Shown: positions 23,162 to 34,230, numbered from the stretch's first letter. The stretch is 64,000 nucleotides of DNA from Desulfovibrio desulfuricans (GCA_015062205.1 SUVB01000051.1:25816-89815); one strand, 5' to 3'. Made by a program: numbers and translations. The notes: generated from the letters alone by a model not told the origin.

Positions 23162-24026
23162 TGCTTTTACGGGGAGACGCGGCGGCGTCCTGCCGTGCTG
23201 CGTTCTGGCGGTCGCGCTGTGCCTTTTGGCGGCGGGGAACGCTGCCGCCGCTGCCGTCCCGGCGGAACCCGCCCCCTCCAGCGTCTACGGCAACGCGCCC
23301 GCGCTGGCGCCCGGGGCCGTCACGGTGCATCCCTACGGCTCCCTGAAGGCCGAAGGCAGCCTTGACGATTATGACAGCGAACCCGCCCAGGGCATTGCCG
23401 ATCCCCTGGAATACTGGAACCGCTTCTGGTTCCATTTCAATGACATTTTCTTTGTCTATGTGGCCAAGCCCGCCTACCGCGCCTGGGAATTCATCACGCC
23501 GCACCAGCTGCGCAGCGGCCTGAAAAACTTCTTCTCCAACCTGCTCTTCCCGGTGCGCTTTGTGAACAACCTCCTGCAGTTCCGCTTCATGGAGGCCGGG
23601 GTGGAGTTCGGGCGCTTCATCATCAACACCACGACCAGCGCAGGCTTTGCGGACGTGGCCAAACGCCACAAGACCATCGTGCCCGTTGACCCCACCGGCG
23701 AGGACTTCGGCCAGACGCTCGGGCGCTGGGGCATCGGGCACGGCATCTACCTAGTCTGGCCCTTCATCGGGCCCAGTTCCCTGCGCGACACCATCGGCCG
23801 CGTGGGCGACACGCTGGCCGAGCCCACCTTCTGGCTGAATCCCTGGCCCCTGCTCTATGAACCCAATTACTGGGAACTGAAATGGGCCGTCGGCGGCGGG
23901 CTGCGCTTCAACGCCCTGGGTGACGTCCTGCCCCTGTACGACGATCTGAATTCCGCCGCCGTGGATCCGTACATCGCCATGCGCGAAGCCTATGTCAACT
24001 TCCGTCAGAATCAGGTGCTGCACTGA
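23151..24026 (+). CDS. mlaA: MlaA/VacJ family lipoprotein-like protein
   Basis: DPLE.WNR, NFFSNL..P, RF.INTT, EDFGQTL..WG, GPSSLRD, DPY...R.AY. Confidence 0.92.
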   Translation: MPNNAFTGRRGGVLPCCVLAVALCLLAAGNAAAAAVPAEPAPSSVYGNAPALAPGAVTVHPYGSLKAEGSLDDYDSEPAQGIADPLEYWNRFWFHFNDIFFVYVAKPAYRAWEFITPHQLRSGLKNFFSNLLFPVRFVNNLLQFRFMEAGVEFGRFIINTTTSAGFADVAKRHKTIVPVDPTGEDFGQTLGRWGIGHGIYLVWPFIGPSSLRDTIGRVGDTLAEPTFWLNPWPLLYEPNYWELKWAVGGGLRFNALGDVLPLYDDLNSAAVDPYIAMREAYVNFRQNQVLH

Positions 24027-24063
24027 GGGGCGCACGCAGCGCAGCTGCGGCAGATATCCAAAG

Positions 24064-24090
24064 GCGTCGCCCTGCGCGGCGCTTTTTTTT
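24064..24090 (+). terminator. Rho-independent terminator after mlaA
   Basis: GCGTCGC-cctgc-GCGGCGC stem followed by T8. Confidence 0.6.
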
Positions 24091-24119
24091 GTCTGCCGCT
24101 TCTGGTATACGTTCTCTCC

Positions 24120-25109
24120 ATGAATGCTGCTTGTGCCGCCGCTCCGGCCCTCCCGCTGCTCCACCTGGAGCAGCTTTCCGTCACCTTCGCCACGGAGGCA
24201 GGCCCCCTGCCCGCCGTGCGGGGGGTGGATTTCAGCCTCTGTGACGGTGAAACCACCTGTCTTGTGGGTGAATCCGGCTGCGGCAAGAGCCTTACGGCCC
24301 GGGCCATCCTGCGACTGACGCCTGAAAATGCCGTCCTGAGCGGACGCGTGCTGCTGCGCGGCACGGATCTGCTGGCCTTGCGCGAAAAGGACATGCAGGC
24401 CGTGCGCGGCAGAAAAATCGGCATGGTCTTTCAGGAACCCATGACTTCGCTCAACCCTGTGCTGCGCATCGGTGAACAGGTGGCCGAACCCCTGCGCCTG
24501 CACATGGGCCTGCACAAGGGCGATGCGCGGGATGCCGCCATGGAACTGCTGGCCGAAGTGGGCATTCCCGCGCCTGCCGAACGCTACGACGAATACCCGC
24601 ACCAGCTTTCCGGCGGCATGCGCCAGCGCGTCATGCTGGCTATGGCGCTCTCCTGCCGCCCGGCCCTGCTGCTGGCCGACGAACCCACCACGGCCCTGGA
24701 CACCACCATACAGGGGCAGATACTGCGCCTGCTGGCCGCGCGCAGCCGTGAACGCGGCATGGCCGTGCTGCTCATCACGCACGATCTGGGCGTGGCCGCG
24801 CGCATGGCCGGCAGCGTGGGCGTGATGTATGCCGGGCGGCTGGTGGAATTCGCCCCGGCCGCCGAGTTCTTCGCCGCCCCGCAGCATCCGTACGCGCAGG
24901 GCTTGCTGCACGCCGCGCCGGGCATGCATTCCCGCGGCCTGAACCGCCTGCCCACCATCCCCGGCAGCGTGCCGCCCCTCAACCGCATGCCCGCAGGCTG
25001 CCCCTTCCATCCCCGCTGCCCGCACGCCCTGCCCCGCTGCGCGGAGGCCATGCCGCCCGTGCGGGAAGACAGCGGCCACCGGGTCGCCTGCTGGAACGTG
25101 ACGGCATAA
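24120..25109 (+). CDS. Oligopeptide/dipeptide ABC transporter ATP-binding subunit (DppD/OppD type), stand-alone
   Basis: GESGCGKS, FQEPMTSLNP, YPHQLSGGMRQR, HPY, GCPFHPRC...C...C tail. Confidence 0.9.
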   Translation: MNAACAAAPALPLLHLEQLSVTFATEAGPLPAVRGVDFSLCDGETTCLVGESGCGKSLTARAILRLTPENAVLSGRVLLRGTDLLALREKDMQAVRGRKIGMVFQEPMTSLNPVLRIGEQVAEPLRLHMGLHKGDARDAAMELLAEVGIPAPAERYDEYPHQLSGGMRQRVMLAMALSCRPALLLADEPTTALDTTIQGQILRLLAARSRERGMAVLLITHDLGVAARMAGSVGVMYAGRLVEFAPAAEFFAAPQHPYAQGLLHAAPGMHSRGLNRLPTIPGSVPPLNRMPAGCPFHPRCPHALPRCAEAMPPVREDSGHRVACWNVTA

Positions 25110-25125
25110 ACGGAGAATGCGCAAA

Positions 25126-25163
25126 CGCCCCGGCGCGGCATCCTGCGATGCCGCGCCGGGGCG
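25126..25163. terminator. Long hairpin between convergent ABC ATPase and ilvC
   Basis: Perfect 17-bp inverted repeat CGCCCCGGCGCGGCATC-ctgc-GATGCCGCGCCGGGGCG; no U tract. Confidence 0.5.
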
Positions 25164-25187
25164 CTGTGCAATCCGTTGCGAACGCGC

Positions 25188-26207
<1,020 letters not shown>

Positions 26208-26405
26208 TTAGACGGAAAACGACTTTCCCCCGCTCTGAAGCGTTTTCACCGTGATCCGCTCCGACGCAGGGGCGAAAAAGGCCGGACGACAATGCCGCTC
26301 GGCCGCTATCCGCGTTCCGGAAGGGCATACGCCCTCCCCCCATGTTTGTACAGCCGCCCCGCGTCGCCGGTTGCCGCCGGTCAGGGGCCGCAGTGCATGA
26401 AAACG

Positions 26406-26894
26406 CTACTCCACCTTCATGGAACGGCGCATGGCCACCGCCCCGGTTCTGGCGATTTCCTTGATGCCGAAGCGCTGCAGCAGGTTGAGGATGGCTTCCA
26501 GTTTTTCATGGTCGCCCGTGGCCTCAATGGTCATTTCGGTAAGGCTCACGTCCACCACCTTGCAGCGGAATATCTCGCAGGTGCGCAGCAACTCGCCGCG
26601 CATGGGGCCTTCGGCCTGCACCTTGACGAACATCATCTCGCGGGACACGGCAGGGATGTCCGCATAGTCCACCACCTTGATGACCGAGACGAGCTTGTGG
26701 AGCTGTTTCATGATCTGCTCCAGAATCAGGCTGTCGCAGTCTGTGGTGATGGTCATGTGCGAGACGCCTTCCTCCAGGGCCGGAGCCACGTTGAGCGAAT
26801 GGATGTTGAACCCCCGCCCGCTGAACAGCCCCGCCACGCGGGAGAGCACGCCGGGCTCGTTCTCCACCAGCACGGAAAGCACATGTCGTTGCAT
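26406..26894 (-). CDS. ilvN: Acetolactate synthase small subunit
   Basis: LSVLVENEPGVLSRVAGLFSGRGFNI ACT domain; EIARTG. Confidence 0.96.
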   Translation of the reverse strand: MQRHVLSVLVENEPGVLSRVAGLFSGRGFNIHSLNVAPALEEGVSHMTITTDCDSLILEQIMKQLHKLVSVIKVVDYADIPAVSREMMFVKVQAEGPMRGELLRTCEIFRCKVVDVSLTEMTIEATGDHEKLEAILNLLQRFGIKEIARTGAVAMRRSMKVE

Positions 26895-26906
26895 AGCCGC
26901 CCTCCC

Positions 26907-28598
26907 TTACACCAGCAGCATTTCATCCAGCGCCGCACCGGCGGGAACCATGGGGTACACGTTTTCCTCCCGCTCGACGACGACGTCGATGAAGGCGGGA
27001 TTGGGCGAGGCCAAGGCCTTTTCCAGCACGGTTACGAGCTCCGCGGGGTCAACGATGCGGTACCCTTCGGCCCCGTAGGCTTCGGCCAGCTTCACGAAAT
27101 CCGGCTGCGCCTCCATGTCGGTGGAACTGTAGTTGCGTTTGTAGAAGAGTTCCTGCCACTGCCGCACCATGCCCAGATACCGGTTGTTGAGAATGACGAC
27201 CTTGATGGGCAGCCTGTTGGAGACGACGGTGGCCAGTTCCTGAATGTTCATCTGCAGGGAGCCGTCGCCCGCCACGGCGATGACCTTCTTGTCGGGAAAG
27301 GCAAGCTGCGCGCCGACGGCGGCGGGAAATCCGTAACCCATGGTGCCGAGCCCCCCGCTGGTCAGCAGGGTGCGCGGCCTGTTGAAGGCGAAGAACTGGG
27401 CCACCCACATCTGGTGCTGGCCCACCTCGGTGGTGACAATGGCGTCGCCGCCGGTGATGGTGTAGAGGGCCTCCACGACCTGTTGCGGCTTGATGGCCTC
27501 GCCCTTCTGGTAGCACAGGGGCTTGTCCGCCTTCCAGGCGTCCACGGCGGCAAGCCAGTCCGCGTGCGCGCCCTGCCAGTCCTTGTCCGCCAGTTTGGCG
27601 TCGCATATCTCGGCCATGCCCTCCAGCGCCAGGCGGCAGTCGCCCACCACGGGCACCTGCACTTCCACATTCTTGCGGATGGACGTGGGGTCGATATCGA
27701 TATGCACGATGCGCGCCTTGGGCGCGAAGGCCGCGAGCTTGCCGGTGACGCGGTCGTCAAAGCGCGCGCCCACGCACATGAGCACGTCGGCATGGTTGAT
27801 GGCCATATTGGCGGCATAGGTGCCGTGCATGCCCACCATGCCCAGCCACAGGGGGTCTGTGGCGGGGAAACCGCCCAGTCCCATGAGCGTACAGGTGACG
27901 GGGATGCGCAGTTTGCGCGCGAGCCCGGTCAGGGCCTCGGCCGCATCGGACATGATCACCCCGCCGCCGGCCAGCAGCACGGGGCGCTCGGCATGGGCCA
28001 GTTCCTCCACCGCGCGCCGCAACTGGTTGAGGTTGGGCTTGTAGGTGGGATTGTAGCTGCGCATGTAAACTTCTTCCGGCCAGATGAATTCCGTTCTGGC
28101 CAGCATGACGTCCTTGGGCAGATCCACCAGCACAGGGCCGGGCCTGCCGGACCGCGCCAGATAGAAGGCCTGACGGATGGTCAGCGCCAGCTTGGTCACA
28201 TCCTTGACCAGGAAGTTGTGCTTGGTGCAGGGGCGGGTGATGCCCACGATGTCCACTTCCTGAAAGGCGTCGTTGCCGATGAGCTGTGTGGGCACCTGCC
28301 CTGTGAACACCACCAGCGGGATGGAATCGCAATAGGCTGTGGCTATGCCCGTGACCGTATTGGTGGCTCCGGGGCCGGAGGTTACCAGGCAGACGCCCGT
28401 CTTGCCCGAGGCGCGGGCATAGCCGTCAGCCGCGTGCACAGCTCCCTGCTCGTGCCGGACGCGCACATGGCGCAACTCCGGATGACGCGGCAGTTCATCA
28501 TAGATGTCAATAACCGCGCCGCCCGGATAGCCGAACAGCACGTCGACGCCCTCTTTCTTCAACGACTCAAGGAGAATCTGCGCACCAGTGCATTCCAT
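26907..28598 (-). CDS. ilvB: Acetolactate synthase large subunit (biosynthetic)
   Basis: FGYPGG, RHEQGA.HAADGY, TSGPGATN, RFDDRVTG, GDGSLQMNIQEL; start MECTGAQ at 28598. Confidence 0.97.
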   Translation of the reverse strand: MECTGAQILLESLKKEGVDVLFGYPGGAVIDIYDELPRHPELRHVRVRHEQGAVHAADGYARASGKTGVCLVTSGPGATNTVTGIATAYCDSIPLVVFTGQVPTQLIGNDAFQEVDIVGITRPCTKHNFLVKDVTKLALTIRQAFYLARSGRPGPVLVDLPKDVMLARTEFIWPEEVYMRSYNPTYKPNLNQLRRAVEELAHAERPVLLAGGGVIMSDAAEALTGLARKLRIPVTCTLMGLGGFPATDPLWLGMVGMHGTYAANMAINHADVLMCVGARFDDRVTGKLAAFAPKARIVHIDIDPTSIRKNVEVQVPVVGDCRLALEGMAEICDAKLADKDWQGAHADWLAAVDAWKADKPLCYQKGEAIKPQQVVEALYTITGGDAIVTTEVGQHQMWVAQFFAFNRPRTLLTSGGLGTMGYGFPAAVGAQLAFPDKKVIAVAGDGSLQMNIQELATVVSNRLPIKVVILNNRYLGMVRQWQELFYKRNYSSTDMEAQPDFVKLAEAYGAEGYRIVDPAELVTVLEKALASPNPAFIDVVVEREENVYPMVPAGAALDEMLLV

Positions 28599-28624
28599 AA
28601 CCGTCTCCATGCCGAACAGTCCGG

Positions 28625-28849
28625 CTATTGGTTTTTCAGGCGATCCAGCATGGCCGTGAGCTGCGTCTTGGCCTCCAGCTTCTGCTTTTTCAGTTGCTTG
28701 AGGGTCTGTTCTTCGGTGGGCGTGCGGTATGTCTTGCTTTCCAGCTTTTCCACCTGTTTCTTGTAGAGGACGTGATCTTCCCAAAGGGATTTCAGCTCCG
28801 GATCAGTGGCAGCATATTTTTCCAGCAGTTCCAGTTCTTGCTGATCCAT
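28625..28849 (-). CDS. Small coiled-coil protein, DUF465/YdcH-like
   Basis: 74 aa; LWEDH..Y...VEKLE...LKKQKL..K pattern; GGAG RBS. Confidence 0.7.
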   Translation of the reverse strand: MDQQELELLEKYAATDPELKSLWEDHVLYKKQVEKLESKTYRTPTEEQTLKQLKKQKLEAKTQLTAMLDRLKNQ

Positions 28850-28976
28850 AAGAAATCTCCTGTGTTAAAAGTTCAGGGCGTTCCGCCCATGCCGGACGCG
28901 CGCCCCCGGGCGCACGCCGCTGTTATCGGGAAAAGGCCCGACCGCCTTCCGGCGGCCCGGCCCTGACGCTGCGCCG

Positions 28977-29279
28977 TCAGTGGAGCGTGGCCGCATACTG
29001 CGCCAGAGACACGACCACAATGCGATTGACAAGCTCAATGGCCAGCAGCACCACCACCGGCGAAAAATCCATGCCGCCGGTGTAGGTGAAGGGCAGCCAC
29101 TTGCGCACGCGGTAGAAGACCGGTTCGGTCATGGTGCGCAAGGCCCTGACGATGGGGTTGTACGGGTCGGGCCGCACCCAGGTCAGCACTGCCGCGATGA
29201 TGACAATCCAGAAATAGAGATTCAGCACGCCCCCGAGCACCATGGCGACGGCACTGAGGGTATTGGCAAACACGATCAT
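28977..29279 (-). CDS. yggT: YggT family membrane protein
   Basis: Y.WIVIIAAVLTWV.PDPYNPIV..L..MTEP...DFSP. Confidence 0.9.
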   Translation of the reverse strand: MIVFANTLSAVAMVLGGVLNLYFWIVIIAAVLTWVRPDPYNPIVRALRTMTEPVFYRVRKWLPFTYTGGMDFSPVVVLLAIELVNRIVVVSLAQYAATLH

Positions 29280-29298
29280 GCGACCTCCGGCGAGGTGT

Positions 29299-29991
29299 TC
29301 AGGTCAACGCGGCGTTGCGGCCCGGCTGCCGGCCCGCAATCGGCGGCAGGCTGTCGGCCAGCGCCGCGCGCAGTTCTTCGAATGTCCGTGCGGTGATATG
29401 CCCCCGCAGTTCGTCGCCGCCCATGGCGGCGAACACGGTTCCCGCCCCCTCGGCGGCGGCCTTGTCATGCCCGGTGTCGCCCACAAAGAGCACGCGCGAG
29501 GGGGCGCAGCCCCAAACCGCGCAGATGCGCCGCGCGCCTTCCGGAGAAGGCTTGGGCGCGGCGGTATCCGCCGCAACCACAGGATTAAAATAGGAGGGCA
29601 GGGAAAAAATGTCCAGAACCGTTTGTATGCCCCGCAGACGCCGGTTGGTGTGCACAGCCATGCGCACGCCCCTGCCCCGCAGTTCGTCGATAAAGGGCCT
29701 GAACCCCGGCCGCAGCCGCAGCAGGGGCAGGATGTCGCGCTCGTACACGACCGCCGTGGAAACGACATGCTCTATCTGCGCGTGCAGGTGCGGCGGCACC
29801 ATGTGCAGCAGGGCCTGCATGGCCGTGGCCTTGAAGCTGTACTCTTCCTGCTCGCGCGTCATGGGCGGCAGACCGAAATGGGCAAGCACCCGGTTGTAGA
29901 AGAGGTTGTTGGCCTCGCGCGAGTCGATCATCACGCCGTCGCAGTCGAAAATGACGCCGGCAAGCCCGCCCGGAAACAGCGCATCACTCAT
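29299..29991 (-). CDS. HAD family hydrolase
   Basis: IFDCDGVMIDS (DxD motif I), HTN, KPSP, FVGD. Confidence 0.88.
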   Translation of the reverse strand: MSDALFPGGLAGVIFDCDGVMIDSREANNLFYNRVLAHFGLPPMTREQEEYSFKATAMQALLHMVPPHLHAQIEHVVSTAVVYERDILPLLRLRPGFRPFIDELRGRGVRMAVHTNRRLRGIQTVLDIFSLPSYFNPVVAADTAAPKPSPEGARRICAVWGCAPSRVLFVGDTGHDKAAAEGAGTVFAAMGGDELRGHITARTFEELRAALADSLPPIAGRQPGRNAALT

Positions 29992-30842
29992 ACCGCACGC
30001 CTCCAGGCGACCCACAGCCGTTCCGCGTCCAGCGGGGCCTGCCCCGTGGGGCGGGTGCGGCCCAGCAGCAACCGGCCCGGCGCGCGGGCCTCCACAGCGA
30101 CAACGCCCTCCGCGTCGGAAAGCGCCTGCCCCCAGCGCGGCGCGGGAGTGAAATCCAGCAGATCAAGGGCATCCTCACGCATCTCGCCTTCCAGGGCGAC
30201 AGCCGCCTCCGGCGGCAGAAAGAACAGAGCATTGGCGGCCACCGTGCGCCAGGACGGCGCAAGCCCCGCATCCGGCACGATGGGCGCGCTCAGGCGCGCA
30301 AGGTCGTCCGTCAGGGCCGCCGCGCCGCCCCCGCCCATGTTTTCGTCCGGCTCCACGCCGAGGGCCGCCGCGAGGCCGTCGGCCGTGGCTGTGAAACGCT
30401 CCGCCAGCCCGGCCAGTTCCCCCAGGCGCTCCTCCTGCTGCCATGCCCAGAGCAGGGCCTTCTGCGCCTGCTGCCGCGCCAGCATGTCCCTGCGGGCCGC
30501 TTCGGCCGCGCGGGCGGCGGCCGCATCACCGCGCGAAGCGCCCAGGCCTTCCAGCAGCGCGGCTTCCGAAGCAGCACGCGCGGCGGCGGCATTGCCCGCC
30601 ACGGTCGCCCCCACCGGCAGGCCGGAGAGCGCCGCCTCGCCCATGAGCCGCAAATCCTCCATGCAGGCGGCCGCCTCACGCGGCGAGAAGGGGTAGTTCC
30701 CCGGGCACAGCCACCCTCCCTGCGGGACGTCGGGCAGCCCCGGCCACAGGCGCAGCGCGCCCGTCCATTGCGGCGACGCCGCGCCGTCGCGGGGGGCATG
30801 CAGCGACGGCAGAACAACGAGAAGCAACTGGCGCATCGGCAC
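29988..30842 (-). CDS. Hypothetical protein
   Basis: AAGGAG RBS; stop overlaps HAD start (coupled); no motif recognised. Confidence 0.6.
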   Translation of the reverse strand: MPMRQLLLVVLPSLHAPRDGAASPQWTGALRLWPGLPDVPQGGWLCPGNYPFSPREAAACMEDLRLMGEAALSGLPVGATVAGNAAAARAASEAALLEGLGASRGDAAAARAAEAARRDMLARQQAQKALLWAWQQEERLGELAGLAERFTATADGLAAALGVEPDENMGGGGAAALTDDLARLSAPIVPDAGLAPSWRTVAANALFFLPPEAAVALEGEMREDALDLLDFTPAPRWGQALSDAEGVVAVEARAPGRLLLGRTRPTGQAPLDAERLWVAWRRAV

Positions 30843-31057
30843 TCCTTTCTGAAGTTATTCAGCATAGCCGGAGCGCGGCGGGAGCGCAAGCAGCGGACCT
30901 GCGATTCCCCCGGGCCGATGCCCCCGGCCTTGCCGACGCAGGGCTGCAGCGCTGCCGTCCCTGCACCGAAGGGGGGAATCGCCGCCACCGCTGCGCCGGG
31001 GGCGCGCAACAGCGGGATTGCGACGCGTCTGCCCCACCGCAGATCCACCCGGTTGTA

Positions 31058-31086
31058 TTGTCATACCGGGGTTCTTCGCATATAAC
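31058..31086 (+). promoter_or_regulatory. Putative sigma70 promoter for pdxST
   Basis: TTGTCA-17 nt-TATAAC. Confidence 0.6.
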
Positions 31087-31161
31087 TGCCGTACGGCCGC
31101 CCCTGCGCGGCCAGTGACACCATTGGGGCCGCAACGGCCCGGAATCAAGGAGTAGAGAGAT

Positions 31162-32043
31162 ATGGAACAGGGCACCATCCGCCTGAAAACAGGCCTTGCT
31201 GAAATGCTCAAGGGCGGCGTCATCATGGACGTCACCACCCCCGAGCAGGCCAAGATTGCGGAAGCAGCCGGAGCCTGCGCCGTCATGGCACTGGAACGCG
31301 TGCCGGCCGACATCCGCGCCGCCGGCGGAGTGGCCCGCATGGCCGACCCCACCATCGTCAGAAAAATCATGGATACGGTCAGCATTCCCGTCATGGCCAA
31401 GGCCCGCATCGGGCACTTTGTCGAGGCCCGCATTCTGGAAGCCATGGGCGTGGACTACATTGACGAGAGCGAGGTGCTGACCCCCGCCGACGACAAGTAC
31501 CATATCGACAAGCGCGACTTCACCGTGCCCTTTGTCTGCGGCTGCCGCAACTTGGGCGAAGCCCTGCGCCGCATCGCCGAAGGCGCGGCCATGATCCGCA
31601 CCAAGGGCGAGCCCGGCACCGGCAATGTGGTTGAGGCCGTGCGGCACTGCCGCCAGGTCATGGACGAAATCCGCCGGCTCTGCGCCCTGCCCGAGGCCGA
31701 AGTGGCCAACTTCGCCAAGGAAATCGGCGCGCCGCTTGAGGTGTGTCTGGCCGTGCGCAAGGAAGGCCGCCTGCCCGTGGTCAACTTTGCCGCCGGCGGC
31801 ATCGCCACCCCGGCCGACGCCGCCATGATGATGCACCTGGGCTGCGACGGCGTGTTTGTGGGCTCCGGCATCTTCAAGTCCGGCGATCCGGCCAAGCGCG
31901 CCAAAGCCATTGTGCAGGCCGTGACCAACTACAAGGATTTCGCCATGCTGGCCGAAATCTCCCGCGACCTTGGCGAGGCCATGGTGGGCATCGACATCTC
32001 CACCATCCCCGCCGGCGAACGCATGCAGGAACGGGGCTGGTAA
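31162..32043 (+). CDS. pdxS: PLP synthase lyase subunit
   Basis: [52 protein letters not shown] end. Confidence 0.98.
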   Translation: MEQGTIRLKTGLAEMLKGGVIMDVTTPEQAKIAEAAGACAVMALERVPADIRAAGGVARMADPTIVRKIMDTVSIPVMAKARIGHFVEARILEAMGVDYIDESEVLTPADDKYHIDKRDFTVPFVCGCRNLGEALRRIAEGAAMIRTKGEPGTGNVVEAVRHCRQVMDEIRRLCALPEAEVANFAKEIGAPLEVCLAVRKEGRLPVVNFAAGGIATPADAAMMMHLGCDGVFVGSGIFKSGDPAKRAKAIVQAVTNYKDFAMLAEISRDLGEAMVGIDISTIPAGERMQERGW

Positions 32044-32615
32044 TGGGCAGACTCGTGGGCGTGCTGGCCCTGCAGGGGGCCTTCCGCGAGCATGTGGCGG
32101 CCCTGTCCCGTCTGGGCGTGGAAACAAGGGAAGTGCGCCAGCTCAGGCACATGGACGGCGTGGACGCCATGATCATCCCCGGCGGCGAAAGCACCACCAT
32201 GGGCAAGCTGCTCACCGACTGGAACATGATGGACGCCCTACGCGCCCGCATTGCGGACGGCATGCCCGTGTACGGCAGCTGCGCCGGGCTCATCCTGCTC
32301 TGCCGCGACATCGAGGGCTTTGATCAGCCCCGTCTCGGCGTGCTGGACGCCACGGTGCGGCGCAACGCCTTCGGCCGCCAGGTGGACAGCTTTGAGACGG
32401 ATCTCGCCATGCCGGCGCTCGGCCCTGACCCAATACCGGCGGTCTTCATCCGCGCGCCGGTCATCACCCGCGTGGGAGAGGGCGTCGCGGTGCTGGCCGA
32501 CATTGACGGTCAGGCTGTGGCCGTGCGCCAAGGCAATATCTTGGCCACGTCCTTCCACCCGGAATTGACGCCTGACACGCGCATGCACGAATACTTTCTG
32601 TCGTTCCCCGCATAG
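32043..32615 (+). CDS. pdxT: PLP synthase glutaminase subunit
   Basis: GVLALQGAFREH, PGGESTT, GSCAG, RNAFGRQVDSF, FIRAP, FHPE. Confidence 0.97.
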   Translation: MGRLVGVLALQGAFREHVAALSRLGVETREVRQLRHMDGVDAMIIPGGESTTMGKLLTDWNMMDALRARIADGMPVYGSCAGLILLCRDIEGFDQPRLGVLDATVRRNAFGRQVDSFETDLAMPALGPDPIPAVFIRAPVITRVGEGVAVLADIDGQAVAVRQGNILATSFHPELTPDTRMHEYFLSFPA

Positions 32616-32640
32616 CCCCGGTTCACCGGCTTCAATGCGC

Positions 32641-32668
32641 AACGCCCCGGTCGAAAGGCCGGGGCGTT
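32641..32668. terminator. Hairpin between convergent pdxT and adh
   Basis: AACGCCCCGGTC-gaaa-GGCCGGGGCGTT (12-bp stem with one G-U, GNRA loop). Confidence 0.55.
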
Positions 32669-32733
32669 CTGGCTGGCATTGCAGGCGTGCGACGCGGCCG
32701 CCTTTTGTCCGCGCGTCCGCGCGATGCCGCTCT

Positions 32734-33933
32734 CTACATGGCAGCCTTGTAGATGGCCGCCACGGCCGCGTCCGTCATGAGGCGGGGGTTGGTCAGGGCG
32801 CAGGCGTCCTTCTGGGCATTGGCGGTCATGGTCGGAATGTCCTCCTCGCGCACGTTCTTGCCGTACTTCCTGCCGAGCGCCACCAGGCCTTCAGGAATGC
32901 CCACATCCTGCGACAGAATGTTGATGGCCCTGATGGCCATGCGCGACGCCTCGTCCGCGCTGAGGCCCTGCGGGTATTCGCCCAGCAGCCGGGCGATGCG
33001 GCCGAAGCGGCGGCGATTGGAGATGCGGTTGTATTCGCACACGTGCGGCAACAGGATGGCGTTGCACTCGCCATGCGGCAGATCATAGAACCCGCCGAGC
33101 TGGTGGGCCATGGCATGCACATGACCGAGGCTGGCGTTGTTGAAGGCCATGCCTGCCAGATACTGGGCATAGCACATGCCCTCGCGGGCCTCCTTGTCCT
33201 CCCCGTTGGCCACGGCGCGGCGCAGATAACGGTTGATGAATTCCATGGCCTTTTCGGCACAGGCATCCGTCATGGGGGTGGCGGCTGTGGAGACGTAGGC
33301 CTCCACGGCATGCGTCAGGGCGTCCATGCCGGTGGCTGCGGTCAGCGCGGGGGGCATGCCCATCATCAGCACCGGATCGTCAATGGCCACGCTGGGCGTG
33401 CAGCGCCAGTCCACAATGGCCATTTTCACCTTGCGCGACGTATCGGTGATGATGCAGAAACGCGTCATTTCCGATGCCGTACCCGCCGTGGTGTTGACGG
33501 CCACGTACGGAGGGAAGGGCTTGGAGGACTTGTCCAGACCCTCGTAGTCATGGATTTTGCCGCCGTTTCCCGCCAGGAAGCCCACGCCCTTGCCGCAGTC
33601 GTGCGAGCTGCCGCCGCCCAGCGTAATGAGGCTGTCGCACTGTTCCTCCTTGTACACGGCAAAAGCTTCATCCACGTTGTTGTCCGTGGGATTGGGCACG
33701 GTCTTGTCGTAGACGGCGTAGGACAGCTTTGCGGCATCAAGAATATCCGTTATCCGCTGCAGAATTCCCGCCTTGACGATGCCCTGATCGGTAACGACGA
33801 GAGGTTTCTTTCCGCCGATGCTCTGCAGCCGCGCCGGAATATCACCGGAGCAGCCTTCGCCCACAAGCGTGACATTGGGGATAAAAAATGACGTAACCTG
33901 CCCCATGTGCATGCTTTTAATGTCTGTACTCAT
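32734..33933 (-). CDS. adh: Iron-containing alcohol dehydrogenase
   Basis: GGGSSHDCGK, NTTAGTASE, GMDALTHAVEAY, LGHVHAMAHQLGG, HGECNA; AAGGAG RBS before MSTDIK. Confidence 0.95.
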   Translation of the reverse strand: MSTDIKSMHMGQVTSFFIPNVTLVGEGCSGDIPARLQSIGGKKPLVVTDQGIVKAGILQRITDILDAAKLSYAVYDKTVPNPTDNNVDEAFAVYKEEQCDSLITLGGGSSHDCGKGVGFLAGNGGKIHDYEGLDKSSKPFPPYVAVNTTAGTASEMTRFCIITDTSRKVKMAIVDWRCTPSVAIDDPVLMMGMPPALTAATGMDALTHAVEAYVSTAATPMTDACAEKAMEFINRYLRRAVANGEDKEAREGMCYAQYLAGMAFNNASLGHVHAMAHQLGGFYDLPHGECNAILLPHVCEYNRISNRRRFGRIARLLGEYPQGLSADEASRMAIRAINILSQDVGIPEGLVALGRKYGKNVREEDIPTMTANAQKDACALTNPRLMTDAAVAAIYKAAM

Positions 33934-34003
33934 TGGTGACTCCTTTTGCATAACGATAATGTTTTTCCGCTATACACAAAGCGCGGAGAGACTATACAGG
34001 TCT

Positions 34004-34032
34004 ATAATACCCAATGAAAAATATTATGACAA
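34004..34032 (-). promoter_or_regulatory. Putative sigma70 promoter for adh
   Basis: Minus strand TTGTCA-17 nt-TATTAT inside an AT-rich region. Confidence 0.65.
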
Positions 34033-34192
34033 GTATATAACAAAAATATATTTCAATATTTTTCCATATATTATTTGTAACGCAACTTAATTACAGCAGA
34101 TAAAAATTTTTTATCTATACACAATATTGGTTGATCACACATACAAAACCATTTGTGATAATTGTAACATTTGCACATCATATTGAAACGAC

Positions 34193-34230
34193 AAAAAAGC
34201 TGCCGTGGAATGTCGAAATTCCACGGCAGC
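34193..34230 (-). terminator. Rho-independent terminator of the large PHP-like gene
   Basis: 13-bp perfect stem GCTGCCGTGGAAT/ATTCCACGGCAGC with T6 on the minus strand. Confidence 0.75.
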
